Below are positions 17,887-26,143 of a stretch of 64,000 bases of DNA, in pieces. Each line of letters opens with the position of its first letter. Position 1 is the first letter of the stretch. A program made the translations under genes and the position numbers. Origin of the DNA: a virus (lineage: Duplodnaviria > Caudoviricetes); the IMG/VR virus record IMGVR_UViG_3300033121_001941, positions 1 through 64,000 of that record; one strand, written 5' to 3'. The notes below the pieces were generated by a model. It saw only the letters and a program-made list of their open reading frames with translations. It did no database searches and was not told the DNA's origin.

Positions 17887-17896
17887 CAAAATGTTT

Positions 17897-17973
17897 CGGT
17901 CTATGGTGTTTAATGGTTTAAACATACTTGCCTCTTAAGCAATGAGATCCGGGTTCAAATCCCGGTGGACCGA
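17897..17973 (+). tRNA. trnK: tRNA-Lys(CTT)
   Basis: ttgc-ctCTTaa-gcaa; cggtcta/tggaccg acceptor. Confidence 0.85.
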
Positions 17974-17990
17974 CGAAGTATGTAATAATT

Positions 17991-18062
17991 GGGTTTATGA
18001 TGTTAATGTAGCATAGCCGCCTTTTAAGCGATCAAGTGACAGTTCAAGTCTGTCTAAACCCA
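17991..18062 (+). tRNA. trnK: tRNA-Lys(TTT)
   Basis: cgc-ctTTTaa-gcg; gggttta/taaaccc. Confidence 0.85.
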
Positions 18063-18063
18063 C

Positions 18064-18139
18064 TGCGCAATAGAGCAACCTGGTAGCTTGCGAGGCTCAT
18101 AACCTCGAGTTCCCTGTTCAAATCAGGGTTGCGCTTCCA
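18064..18139 (+). tRNA. trnM: tRNA-Met(CAT), initiator-like (1:72 mismatch)
   Basis: cgagg-ctCATaa-cctcg; encoded CCA. Confidence 0.85.
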
Positions 18140-18210
18140 CTTTTTAGATTAGAGGCTAAATCGTCACCATGACAAGGTGAAAATCGTAGGTTCGAGTCCT
18201 ACAAAAGTGA
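18138..18210 (+). tRNA. trnV: tRNA-Val(GAC)
   Basis: cactttt/aaaagtg; tcacc-atGACaa-ggtga; overlaps CCA of upstream tRNA-Met. Confidence 0.75.
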
Positions 18211-18212
18211 CA

Positions 18213-18242
18213 AAGAAAGTAACATTATAAAAGTGAAATCTT
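18213..18242 (+). ncRNA. AGUAAC/GUGAA module copy A (minimal)
   Basis: aaga-a-AGTAAC-attataaaa-GTGAA-a-tctt. Confidence 0.5.
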
Positions 18243-18247
18243 ATTTT

Positions 18248-18319
18248 GGGGAATTCATATACAAGGTATTATGTCTGCTTTGCAAGCAGAACAAGTGGGA
18301 GCGTTACCCACATTCTCCA
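18248..18319 (+). tRNA. trnA: tRNA-Ala(TGC), atypical T-loop
   Basis: G3:U70 present; tctgc-ttTGCaa-gcaga; T-loop AGCGTTA. Confidence 0.8.
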
Positions 18320-18346
18320 CCGACAGTGCATAATTAACTATAGACG

Positions 18347-18378
18347 TTAATAATAACAGTTGCAACTGTTATTATTAA
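18347..18378. repeat. perfect 32-bp palindrome
   Basis: ttaataataacagttgcaactgttattattaa equals its reverse complement. Confidence 0.95.
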
Positions 18379-18401
18379 TGAAGTGTGTTTATATCTATAA
18401 C

Positions 18402-18471
18402 TTGATTATGTAGTGGTGATTTAGTAACAAGTCAATTTTTTTATGACAAAGTGAATAATGTACGTAGTTAA
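18402..18471 (+). ncRNA. AGUAAC/GUGAA module copy B
   Basis: 11-bp basal stem ttgattatgta/tacgtagttaa; AGTAAC 18423; inner gtca/tgac; aaaGTGAA 18448-18455. Confidence 0.65.
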
Positions 18472-18506
18472 CGTGTTGTTTTAAGAGTGAATGTCATTGT
18501 ATGAAT

Positions 18507-18607
18507 TGGTTAGTAACATTCAATAAATGTAATTTGATCTTTTTGATCAAAGCATTGTTGTCTTACAAAAGAATAAACTTTGAATTAATTCTTTAAAGTG
18601 AAAACCA
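18507..18607 (+). ncRNA. AGUAAC/GUGAA module copy C (multi-hairpin insert)
   Basis: tggtt-AGTAAC...aaaGTGAA-aacca; insert has tttgatc/gatcaaa and ttgt/acaa hairpins. Confidence 0.6.
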
Positions 18608-18612
18608 TGTTT

Positions 18613-18684
18613 GGATCGTGATGCGCTTGGATGCGCAGGCCACCTGTCTAGTGGTTGAAACGAGTTCGATTCTCGTACGATCCG
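18613..18684 (+). tRNA. trnD: tRNA-Asp(GTC)
   Basis: ccac-ctGTCta-gtgg; G73. Confidence 0.9.
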
Positions 18685-18741
18685 CAAAGTTAGTTTAACA
18701 TCTAACTTATATCAGAGAATGATGAATCATTCATCACTGAG

Positions 18742-18840
18742 TATGTTGTTATGATAGCGTCAGCTGATTTGAAATGGTGCGACACCCTTGAAAAGTTATC
18801 AACGCCGAATATAACAAGACATATAAAATGACGTGTCGCA
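18742..18840 (+). ncRNA. candidate pseudoknotted ncRNA
   Basis: tatgt-tgttat/ataaca-acata, gatagc/gttatc, and loop tgcgacac pairing with 3' gtgtcgca. Confidence 0.55.
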
Positions 18841-18843
18841 AAC

Positions 18844-18914
18844 GGGTATATCGTTTAGTGGTAAGACAGTGGTTTCCAAGTCCACATACAGAGGTTCGAT
18901 TCCTTTTGTACCCG
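18844..18914 (+). tRNA. trnW: tRNA-Trp(CCA) (Gly-like flanks)
   Basis: gtgg-t-ttCCAag-t-ccac; gggtata/tgtaccc; G73. Confidence 0.7.
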
Positions 18915-18915
18915 C

Positions 18916-18986
18916 TGATCATTGGTCTAATGGGAAGACTTTTCGCTCTGAACGAAAAAACGTAGGTTCGATTCCTACATGATCTA
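18916..18986 (+). tRNA. trnQ: tRNA-Gln(CTG)
   Basis: tttcg-ctCTGaa-cgaaa. Confidence 0.85.
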
Positions 18987-19016
18987 CGAGTCTATTAAAC
19001 AGAATAGGCTTTATAT

Positions 19017-19091
19017 TGAGCAATCGTATAACGGTTAATATAAGAGGCTTTGACCCTCCGGACGTTGGTTCGACTCCAACTTGCTCATCCA
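19017..19091 (+). tRNA. trnQ: tRNA-Gln(TTG)
   Basis: gagg-ctTTGac-cctc; encoded CCA. Confidence 0.9.
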
Positions 19092-19108
19092 GTAGGAACA
19101 CAAATATT

Positions 19109-19273
19109 ATGAATTACCAAATGAAACAAAAAAGAAGATCTTGTCAACATAGACAGATTTTAAATCTTCATTTAGAAGATATAAAAACACGAGAAGAAAA
19201 TTGCTTATTTAATATTGTATTAAATGTAATTGCTTTTTTCGCTGTTGGTTATATTGTTAATTTAACATGTTAA
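19109..19273 (+). CDS. small membrane protein
   Basis: ATG 19109; C-terminal hydrophobic segment; track start 19016 overlaps tRNA. Confidence 0.5.
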   Translation: MNYQMKQKRRSCQHRQILNLHLEDIKTREENCLFNIVLNVIAFFAVGYIVNLTC

Positions 19274-19338
19274 TAAATGTGTATTAACATTAAGAATGTA
19301 TTATCATTAAATTGTTACTGAGTGTAAATAAAGGAAAT

Positions 19339-19719
19339 ATGCAAAAAAAATCTCATGGTTCTTCTTCTTCAACTGGTCAAAAACGAGATTCATCAAATCG
19401 TAGGCATGATTATCCAAAACAACCAGAAATTTATCACGTAGATGCTATTGCAATTACATCAGATGAAGAATTGAATTCCATTTATACACATCTTGAACAC
19501 GATCGCAATCTTGTGATTGCGGCAAATGGTGATACACGAATGTGGGAAGATGAAATTTCATATGTTCAACGAGAAATGCAAATGAGACGGATTCGACATG
19601 ATGCTCATGTCGAATTTGTTCGACATACAGAACGTGAAAATGCACGAATTGAAGCGTCGTTGCCATACGCAGATCTTGATAATACGCGTTTCCTTCGACT
19701 TGTTGGCGAAATTCAATGA
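19339..19719 (+). CDS. hypothetical protein
   Basis: AAGGA RBS before ATG 19339; ATGA-coupled to sigma gene. Confidence 0.75.
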   Translation: MQKKSHGSSSSTGQKRDSSNRRHDYPKQPEIYHVDAIAITSDEELNSIYTHLEHDRNLVIAANGDTRMWEDEISYVQREMQMRRIRHDAHVEFVRHTERENARIEASLPYADLDNTRFLRLVGEIQ

Positions 19720-20552
19720 ATGAAAATGCGTTAAAAAGCAAGAAAAAACTTGCTGCACAAAGTACAGAACATAATGTAATTGCCTCGTATTTTGATTCAC
19801 TTTATCAAATTCCTCAGTTAAAACATGAGGAATTGGTTGAATTATTTAAGCAATATGAAGCAAAAAATGAAGCATCTGCGAAGGCGCGAATAAAACTCAT
19901 AGAATGTAATTTGCGCCTTGTTGTTTCTATCGCAAAACAGTACAAGAATAATTCAATGCCTCTTGAAGATTTAGTTCAAGAAGGAAATATCGGATTACTT
20001 AAAGCAATTGAAAAATTTGACTGGCGTAAGGGATTTCGTTTTTCTACTTACGCAACTTGGTGGATTAAACAAGCTATTGGTCATCATGTACTAAAGCGAA
20101 AGCGTATGGTCCGACTTCCTGCTCATGCTGCAACAGTTCAACGAAAGTTGATTCAAGCAACGAATGATTATCGTGAGGCAATGGGTTGTGATCCTTCACA
20201 AGAGGAATTAATGGAACTTGTTGGTGCGTCTGAAACAGTTGTGAAAGCAACTATAATCTCAGGACGAGATGCAATTTCTTTACAACAAAATGTTGGTCAT
20301 TCAGATGACAGTGAATTCTTGCTTCAAGACGTTATTGAAGATGAACGTTTAGAAATGAATCCTTTTGAAAATATTGCAAAAAAGCAATTAATTCAAATTG
20401 CAAGAAATGTGTTAAACAGTCTTTCTGCAAAAGAATCTGCAATTCTTCGATTGCGATTTGGCCTTGTTGATGATGTAATTAATGACAATGAAACATATCC
20501 TATTACTGACGAAGAAGTGACCGCGCTTATGCATGGTAAACCTTTAACATGA
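19716..20552 (+). CDS. RNA polymerase sigma70 factor (RpoD/RpoS-like)
   Basis: NLRLVVSIAKQY, DLVQEGNIGL.KA.EKFD..KGFRFSTYATWWIKQAI, region 4 L...E..IL.LRFGL. Confidence 0.95.
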   Translation: MNENALKSKKKLAAQSTEHNVIASYFDSLYQIPQLKHEELVELFKQYEAKNEASAKARIKLIECNLRLVVSIAKQYKNNSMPLEDLVQEGNIGLLKAIEKFDWRKGFRFSTYATWWIKQAIGHHVLKRKRMVRLPAHAATVQRKLIQATNDYREAMGCDPSQEELMELVGASETVVKATIISGRDAISLQQNVGHSDDSEFLLQDVIEDERLEMNPFENIAKKQLIQIARNVLNSLSAKESAILRLRFGLVDDVINDNETYPITDEEVTALMHGKPLT

Positions 20553-20553
20553 T

Positions 20554-20787
20554 ATGATCAACTTTGAATCGGCTATACTGTTATTAACAGTTGTAAATAC
20601 AGTTATGAATTTATTCCTTTCAATAAAGGTGATTTCCTTTTCAAAAAAGAAAAAAATACAAAATTCTGTTCAAACTGATGATAAAAAACAAGATTATTAT
20701 GAATATGATTTACAACATCGATTAGAAAATTTTCAGAAAATGAAATTTGCAAGTATGCAACCAAAATCTCGTTTACAGAAACTTTAA
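20554..20787 (+). CDS. membrane-anchored hypothetical protein
   Basis: N-terminal hydrophobic helix. Confidence 0.6.
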   Translation: MINFESAILLLTVVNTVMNLFLSIKVISFSKKKKIQNSVQTDDKKQDYYEYDLQHRLENFQKMKFASMQPKSRLQKL

Positions 20788-20791
20788 AATA

Positions 20792-21073
20792 ATGCAACAA
20801 CACAAAAATTATATGACTGCAGTCGAAGACGATGGTATTAACTATCGAGAAATTGCATCAACAATGTCAGAACTTGGATTCAAAATGAATCATTCTTCAG
20901 CACGGAATCATGTCTTGCGAATTATGAGAAAATTCATTGATGAGTTTGCTAAACAATATAACTTGAAACTAAGTGATGACGTTAAAGATAATGTCGTTAA
21001 AGTTCCAATGTTTCAGCGTGGTATTGCTGATCTTTTACAAGAAATTGAATCAGAACGCCGAAGTAGCGAATAA
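20792..21073 (+). CDS. HTH (sigma region 4-like) protein
   Basis: G.NYREIA..MS.LG..M.HSSARN helix-turn-helix; ATG 20792. Confidence 0.65.
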   Translation: MQQHKNYMTAVEDDGINYREIASTMSELGFKMNHSSARNHVLRIMRKFIDEFAKQYNLKLSDDVKDNVVKVPMFQRGIADLLQEIESERRSSE

Positions 21074-21497
21074 TTATTTTCACGAAAGATTATACGTGAA
21101 AATTCATTTAAAAAACCTACCAAAACTTAGTTTGCAAAAACTCTTGCAAAGACGTAAAATGTCTTTGCAACAATTTCTTGAAGAGAATAACATCAAAACA
21201 TACGACGAACTTGTAAAAAGATGTTCGTCAGGAAAAAATTGTCTTGATGTAGTTGTTCCAACACAAAAAGAATTTGAAGAAGCTTTTTCTTCTTTACAAG
21301 CGGTAATACCAACATTGAATATTGTTTCAATTGTCACACCAAAAATAGAACAATTATCAATGGATGTTTCCATAGCCTTACCCGTCGAATTAAACGTGGG
21401 TCATTTTCATGACACCGAAAACGCGCGCGCACCAGAGGTAAAAGAAGAGAATGATTCTAAAAAACATTCAAAAAAGAAAATAAAAACAGATGAATGA
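20973..21497 (+). CDS. hypothetical protein
   Basis: ORF track; real start probably GTG near 21097. Confidence 0.65.
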   Translation: MMTLKIMSLKFQCFSVVLLIFYKKLNQNAEVANNYFHERLYVKIHLKNLPKLSLQKLLQRRKMSLQQFLEENNIKTYDELVKRCSSGKNCLDVVVPTQKEFEEAFSSLQAVIPTLNIVSIVTPKIEQLSMDVSIALPVELNVGHFHDTENARAPEVKEENDSKKHSKKKIKTDE

Positions 21498-21849
21498 ACA
21501 AAAATCTCGTTTGAGAGTTTTTGATGTTAAAAAAGAAAATAATGTCAATGTTAAAACTCAAATTCAACGCAGAAATATTTCTAGAAATCAAACCAGAGAA
21601 AAAGATTTACCTCAAGATGCGTACGAACAATGGCCGATTGAAGCATCGTTTGTAAAAGCGGCAATCATAGAATATGGTAAAAGAACAGCATCGTTAAATG
21701 CGTTGAATTGCGCTCAGACTCTTGACTATATTTGCGATAGAATACGAAACATAACAAATCCTACACAAGAAATGTTAGATATTGCTGCACATACAGAAAA
21801 TGAAGCGTTAAAATTACGTCAACAGGCAAAAAAAGTCTACGAAAAATAA
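21490..21849 (+). CDS. hypothetical protein
   Basis: 119 aa ORF. Confidence 0.7.
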   Translation: MNEQKSRLRVFDVKKENNVNVKTQIQRRNISRNQTREKDLPQDAYEQWPIEASFVKAAIIEYGKRTASLNALNCAQTLDYICDRIRNITNPTQEMLDIAAHTENEALKLRQQAKKVYEK

Positions 21850-22238
21850 TGAAAATTGAAAAACGTATTGATGATTACTTTGATGAAATATTTCACGATG
21901 TTTTATTTGAACCAATCGTAAAAGCATACGTTTTAAATGTTTTTTCAAAATTTTCACTATCACATGATCTATCAACAAAATCAATAACGTTGGCGTATTT
22001 TGATGCAATACAAAGGTCAAATTTCGTTGAATTTCAAAAAATTGGTGATTGGTCGTTGTGGACGTTGTCGTTAACAAAAAACGTAAATGCTGACGTTATT
22101 GCAAATTTTGGCAAATTATCATATGCATCATGTTATCATATGTCGTTTAAATCATTCGATCTGTACAAGACACTATCGTATGATTACGATAATATCGTCG
22201 ATGAATTGCAAAAACGAATAAAGTTTGCATCCAAATAA
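21849..22238 (+). CDS. hypothetical protein
   Basis: 129 aa ORF. Confidence 0.7.
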   Translation: MKIEKRIDDYFDEIFHDVLFEPIVKAYVLNVFSKFSLSHDLSTKSITLAYFDAIQRSNFVEFQKIGDWSLWTLSLTKNVNADVIANFGKLSYASCYHMSFKSFDLYKTLSYDYDNIVDELQKRIKFASK

Positions 22239-22249
22239 ATACTTGATGC

Positions 22250-22275
22250 AACACAAGTACATCTTGTGTTATAAT
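22250..22275 (+). promoter_or_regulatory. extended -10 promoter overlapped by 8-bp inverted repeat
   Basis: aacacaag-tacat-cttgtgtt then TGtTATAAT, 6 nt before ATG 22282. Confidence 0.5.
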
Positions 22276-22281
22276 AAGATT

Positions 22282-22563
22282 ATGTACGGTTTTAAACCAG
22301 GCGCAAAAGAGCGTCTTAATTCAAAGTTGAAATCACTTTTTGGTAAAGATTCACGTGTTCTTATCGCAGGTCATCGGGCTTCGCCAATTGAGTGTAATAT
22401 GAATTCGTATCCAAAAGGAGTATATGTTGTTGACGTCGTCGTTAACGACGTTTATATTGGTGCGTCTCATGCTTATCATTGGCGAAAAGCATATGATAAA
22501 TTCGTCATTGAACTTGAAAAGATTTCACACGATGTTATCGAAGAAGTGAAATTGGCACAATAA
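22282..22563 (+). CDS. hypothetical protein
   Basis: ORF 22225..22563; ATG 22282 downstream of promoter. Confidence 0.65.
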   Translation: MYGFKPGAKERLNSKLKSLFGKDSRVLIAGHRASPIECNMNSYPKGVYVVDVVVNDVYIGASHAYHWRKAYDKFVIELEKISHDVIEEVKLAQ

Positions 22564-22597
22564 AAGTTTAAGTTTTTAGAAATTAAAGGAAAATCAA

Positions 22598-23794
22598 ATG
22601 TCTGCAATGTCAATTCATACACTTCTCAAAGTTGCTCCAAAACTTCCTCCACAGACAAGCGTTCTTCTTCGCGGAGATGCGGGTATTGGCAAAAGTCAAC
22701 TTGGACGTCAAATCGCAATGATTATTGCGAAAGATTGTAAAATCGATAATTATGAAATTATTGATCGTCGACTTTCGCAAGTTTCAGATGGCGATATTAT
22801 CGGTCTTCCTTCAATCGATGGTGATACGACAAAATTCAACCCACCTGATTGGTACATGCGTGCATGTAAGAATCCTTGCTATTTGATTCTTGATGAACTT
22901 AATCGGGCTACACCCGAAGTTATGCAAGCAGCATTTCAAATCATTCTTGATCGTGAACTTAATGGTCACAAACTTCACCCACTAACTCGAGTGTTTTCAG
23001 GTGTAAACACGGGTGCAAATTACACTGTCAACGATATTGATCCAGCTCTTCTGGATCGATTTTGGGTTGTTGATCTTACACCTGATGTAAAGGATTGGAT
23101 TAACTGGGCAAGATCTGAGTGTAATTCTCGGGATATTCATGTTCTTGAAATCAAGAAATTGTTCGGGGGACTTAATTGTCTACCGGTAATTACGAATTTC
23201 ATTGCAGAAGAACCTAAATGGCTTGATACACCCAAGAACGTCGAGCCCGGAACTCGTCATCCAAGTCGACGTTCTTGGGAACGTTGTGGTGATGCACTTG
23301 CAATGTCAGGCGTTGCTGATGATCCTAATGTCGATATTTTTTATTCTGTTTGTGTAGGTTTTCTTGGTGTCGAGGCATCAATTAAATTTACTGATTACGC
23401 AAAAGCATCAAACATGCGCGTTAGTGGAGAAGATGTTGTTCTTCGTTTTAAGAAGAGCAATATCAAAAAGTTTGTTTCAAAGATGAACATTGATCAACAC
23501 AATGATCTTATTGAAAAAGTTTGCACATATACTGCGACTTTGAAAACACTGAAACCAACATATGAAGAAAATATTCGGGAATTTATGAATATGCTTACAA
23601 GTGAGGCGAAAATTCATATGTTTACGAAGTTGCTTTCAATTGCAACGAACAATGTTGAACTTGCAAAAGCCGTAAATCGCGCATGTTCTGATTCTGTTCT
23701 TGAAGTATTTTCTGTACCCAAGGGTGAAGCAGGATTAAATGTGATGCCTAATATCCCGGACGTTCTTAACAATAAATCCAATAATTCAAAATGA
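22598..23794 (+). CDS. MoxR-like AAA+ ATPase
   Basis: Walker A GDAGIGKS, Walker B LILDELNR, LLDRF arginine finger, PSRRSWE. Confidence 0.9.
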   Translation: MSAMSIHTLLKVAPKLPPQTSVLLRGDAGIGKSQLGRQIAMIIAKDCKIDNYEIIDRRLSQVSDGDIIGLPSIDGDTTKFNPPDWYMRACKNPCYLILDELNRATPEVMQAAFQIILDRELNGHKLHPLTRVFSGVNTGANYTVNDIDPALLDRFWVVDLTPDVKDWINWARSECNSRDIHVLEIKKLFGGLNCLPVITNFIAEEPKWLDTPKNVEPGTRHPSRRSWERCGDALAMSGVADDPNVDIFYSVCVGFLGVEASIKFTDYAKASNMRVSGEDVVLRFKKSNIKKFVSKMNIDQHNDLIEKVCTYTATLKTLKPTYEENIREFMNMLTSEAKIHMFTKLLSIATNNVELAKAVNRACSDSVLEVFSVPKGEAGLNVMPNIPDVLNNKSNNSK

Positions 23795-24162
23795 AAAAAA
23801 ATTCTCAACTTGAAGAAACACTGATTAAATCAGCAATGCTTAATCTTGGTATTGTTCCATACACAGACGATCTAGTTAACATTCAGAAAATGTTAAAGAA
23901 TTCTTCCGTTGAAGAAAAACGAAAACTGTTTCGTAAGTTTCGTAAACTCTGGAGAAAACTAGACGCTAAAGGAAATAACACGAAAGTTTTTAAAACTGCC
24001 GTTGTTGTCAACGACAAAGGTGATAAAAAATCTGTTAAACAAGCGCCTTCTTTTAAAGAAAAATTGAGACGAAGAAAAATTGTTTTGTCATACGTTAAAA
24101 ATGCATTGGTAAAACCAATCATTGATTCAGTCGAATCAATGATATTGCCAAATCTAAAGTGA
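23791..24162 (+). CDS. basic hypothetical protein
   Basis: 123 aa, ATGA-coupled. Confidence 0.7.
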   Translation: MKKNSQLEETLIKSAMLNLGIVPYTDDLVNIQKMLKNSSVEEKRKLFRKFRKLWRKLDAKGNNTKVFKTAVVVNDKGDKKSVKQAPSFKEKLRRRKIVLSYVKNALVKPIIDSVESMILPNLK

Positions 24163-24237
24163 TCAAAAGGGGAATTTATTCTCCTTTTGACGTTTAACGG
24201 TGTATTTTCTTTAAGAAAAAGAATATATTTAACTAGT

Positions 24238-24678
24238 ATGAAAAAGAGAAATGTTCGACCGCAAATTACGTGGGTCAATAAAACGATTGCGTCACCCGCA
24301 AATGCCGCGACACGAAATTTGCCTTATTTTTTTGATGATGATGAAAACTACAAGAACTTTAAATACGTCAAGAATTTAATACCAGGTTCATTGTGGTTTT
24401 GGTTGGATGATTTTTTCCTTGTTGATTTGCATACGTTTAACGATCAGAGACGTAGGGGTGGTCCGACTGAATCAGAATTTAAGAGATTGACATTTCAACA
24501 ATATGATATTCATGGGTATTCCGTACCTCAAAGATCGTACATGATATATACAGGCACGGTGCGCGTAGATGAAAAATCAAAGCATGATAAAATTGTATCT
24601 GTACTTAGACACACCTTCTTTGTAGATGGAACGAGATGCATCGTCCTTAATTTGCAGGCATGTGTTCCTGTTCTCTAA
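24238..24678 (+). CDS. hypothetical protein
   Basis: ATATTTA motif at 24225-24231 then ATG 24238. Confidence 0.65.
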   Translation: MKKRNVRPQITWVNKTIASPANAATRNLPYFFDDDENYKNFKYVKNLIPGSLWFWLDDFFLVDLHTFNDQRRRGGPTESEFKRLTFQQYDIHGYSVPQRSYMIYTGTVRVDEKSKHDKIVSVLRHTFFVDGTRCIVLNLQACVPVL

Positions 24679-24899
24679 TGGCAAAAATAATAAATATTCT
24701 AGAAGAAAAATTAATTCACCGCGATCCTGACGCCGATGAACCTTCTTGGCGAACAAGAGTCAAACGAAGGGAAAATGATATTCTTTTTCTTGCGTGGGTT
24801 AAAAATGCTAGCGTATTAGAATTGCAAGAACGTGTTCTTCAAGAAAAAGGTTGGAAATTAATTTCCATTCAACGAATGATTAGAAAACATGAAAAATGA
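24678..24899 (+). CDS. hypothetical protein
   Basis: ORF 24660..24899; ATG overlapping upstream stop. Confidence 0.65.
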   Translation: MAKIINILEEKLIHRDPDADEPSWRTRVKRRENDILFLAWVKNASVLELQERVLQEKGWKLISIQRMIRKHEK

Positions 24900-25077
24900 T
24901 CTGCATTCACATATTGAAATTAATATATCAATGATTCGATCTTTTTTGCGATCTGGATTACGTGAAGATGTTATTGTTCAACGACTTTTAAATGCACAAT
25001 TCAAAATTGAAGATATTTATCTAGCTCTCGCGGCCGCAAAAATTCTAATTAAAAATGAAAAAACCCAATATGAATAA
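24889..25077 (+). CDS. hypothetical protein
   Basis: 62 aa ORF. Confidence 0.6.
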   Translation: MKNDLHSHIEINISMIRSFLRSGLREDVIVQRLLNAQFKIEDIYLALAAAKILIKNEKTQYE

Positions 25078-25291
25078 TGTAATTTCTATGGAGAAATTTT
25101 CCGGTGCCTTTATTGAAAGGATCAAGTTTGACGACGACAATTCTGAATCGACGTTGTATTTGTATGTAAATAACATTGCTAAACGTTGTGAATTTCGTCA
25201 AATAAGTTACGGTGGACATTTCATGTCGACGTCAGTAACATTTGACGAATTAAAAGAATTGAAATTCATACTTGAAAAAATCATAAAATGA
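25055..25291 (+). CDS. hypothetical protein
   Basis: 78 aa ORF. Confidence 0.6.
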   Translation: MKKPNMNNVISMEKFSGAFIERIKFDDDNSESTLYLYVNNIAKRCEFRQISYGGHFMSTSVTFDELKELKFILEKIIK

Positions 25292-25752
25292 CAGACAAGA
25301 TAATTCATCTTGCCCGCAATCCTGGTCACCCTGTATTGGTTACGTGGTGTGGATTTTCACAGGCAAAAGAATCTGAAAAATATATGCGTGATTTGAAAAA
25401 AATGCATGACAAATATGCTTCAGAAACTAATGTTCGCGCAATGACACAATCAAAACAACCGATTGTTACGTCGGGATTTTGGAACTGTTTTGCATGTAAC
25501 GCAAATTTACGCGCTGAAGCTCGAAGAATTGCATGCATTTTGTACGTTTTGCCCAAAGAAGAACATCTTGTCTTGGAAGGTTGTGGTGATTCATCTTGCG
25601 TGATTAGAAATCAAGGAGGAATGGCAACGAATGGTGGATGTCGTTGTGAATTACATGAATTGCGTGAAGGAGTCAGGCAGTGGAAACAACATGCGTTGCG
25701 ACTTGAATCACTTCTTGTTTCAAAAGTTAAGAAAATTAAGGTCAACAAATGA
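25288..25752 (+). CDS. Cys-rich hypothetical protein
   Basis: C.AC, GCGD.SC, GGCRC motifs. Confidence 0.7.
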   Translation: MTDKIIHLARNPGHPVLVTWCGFSQAKESEKYMRDLKKMHDKYASETNVRAMTQSKQPIVTSGFWNCFACNANLRAEARRIACILYVLPKEEHLVLEGCGDSSCVIRNQGGMATNGGCRCELHELREGVRQWKQHALRLESLLVSKVKKIKVNK

Positions 25753-25916
25753 TTCCAATTTGTACGCATTACGAAGAAGACGATACGGGTGTTGGTGATA
25801 ACAATCAATTACCTTGTTTTAAACCAGCAACACATTATTCATGTAAGAATTTTCCGCAAGATCAGAAATTAAATGCGTGTGAAAAACACAAATGTAGATG
25901 TAAACAGCCTACATAA
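25749..25916 (+). CDS. small Cys/His-rich protein (not in ORF track)
   Basis: 55 aa MIPICTHY...ACEKHKCRC; ATGA-coupled. Confidence 0.6.
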   Translation: MIPICTHYEEDDTGVGDNNQLPCFKPATHYSCKNFPQDQKLNACEKHKCRCKQPT

Positions 25917-25924
25917 TTATTGTC

Positions 25925-26107
25925 ATGTCTTCAAAACAAAAACGAAAAAAATTCATTCCAAGGAACCTTGTTGTTCTTGGGATGTTGTTGTCGTGCAAAA
26001 GTGGATATATGCATGATCGACGTGAAGAGCGAGGTGGCTCACGAAATGAAATGAAAGATTTCATTGAAGAATACGAAGAATATAATGACGAATATGATGA
26101 CACGTAA
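25925..26107 (+). CDS. small basic/acidic bipartite protein
   Basis: PRN.V......K.G.M.DRR..RGG.RN pattern seen in phage small proteins. Confidence 0.65.
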   Translation: MSSKQKRKKFIPRNLVVLGMLLSCKSGYMHDRREERGGSRNEMKDFIEEYEEYNDEYDDT

Positions 26108-26121
26108 GTGTCATTTTTATT
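26098..26121 (+). terminator. rho-independent terminator candidate
   Basis: tgacac-GTAA-gtgtca followed by tttttatt. Confidence 0.55.
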
Positions 26122-26143
26122 GTTTCTATATTATGATTAAGAT

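Noticed and set aside
18402-18607. T-box riboswitch interpretation of AGUA/GAA motifs
   Set aside because: No T-box antiterminator sequence or downstream synthetase gene seen next to any copy.
18919-19101. ORF-track CDS on - strand (also 33910-34173, 34986-35177, 38435-38686)
   Set aside because: Antisense shadows of clear tRNA genes.
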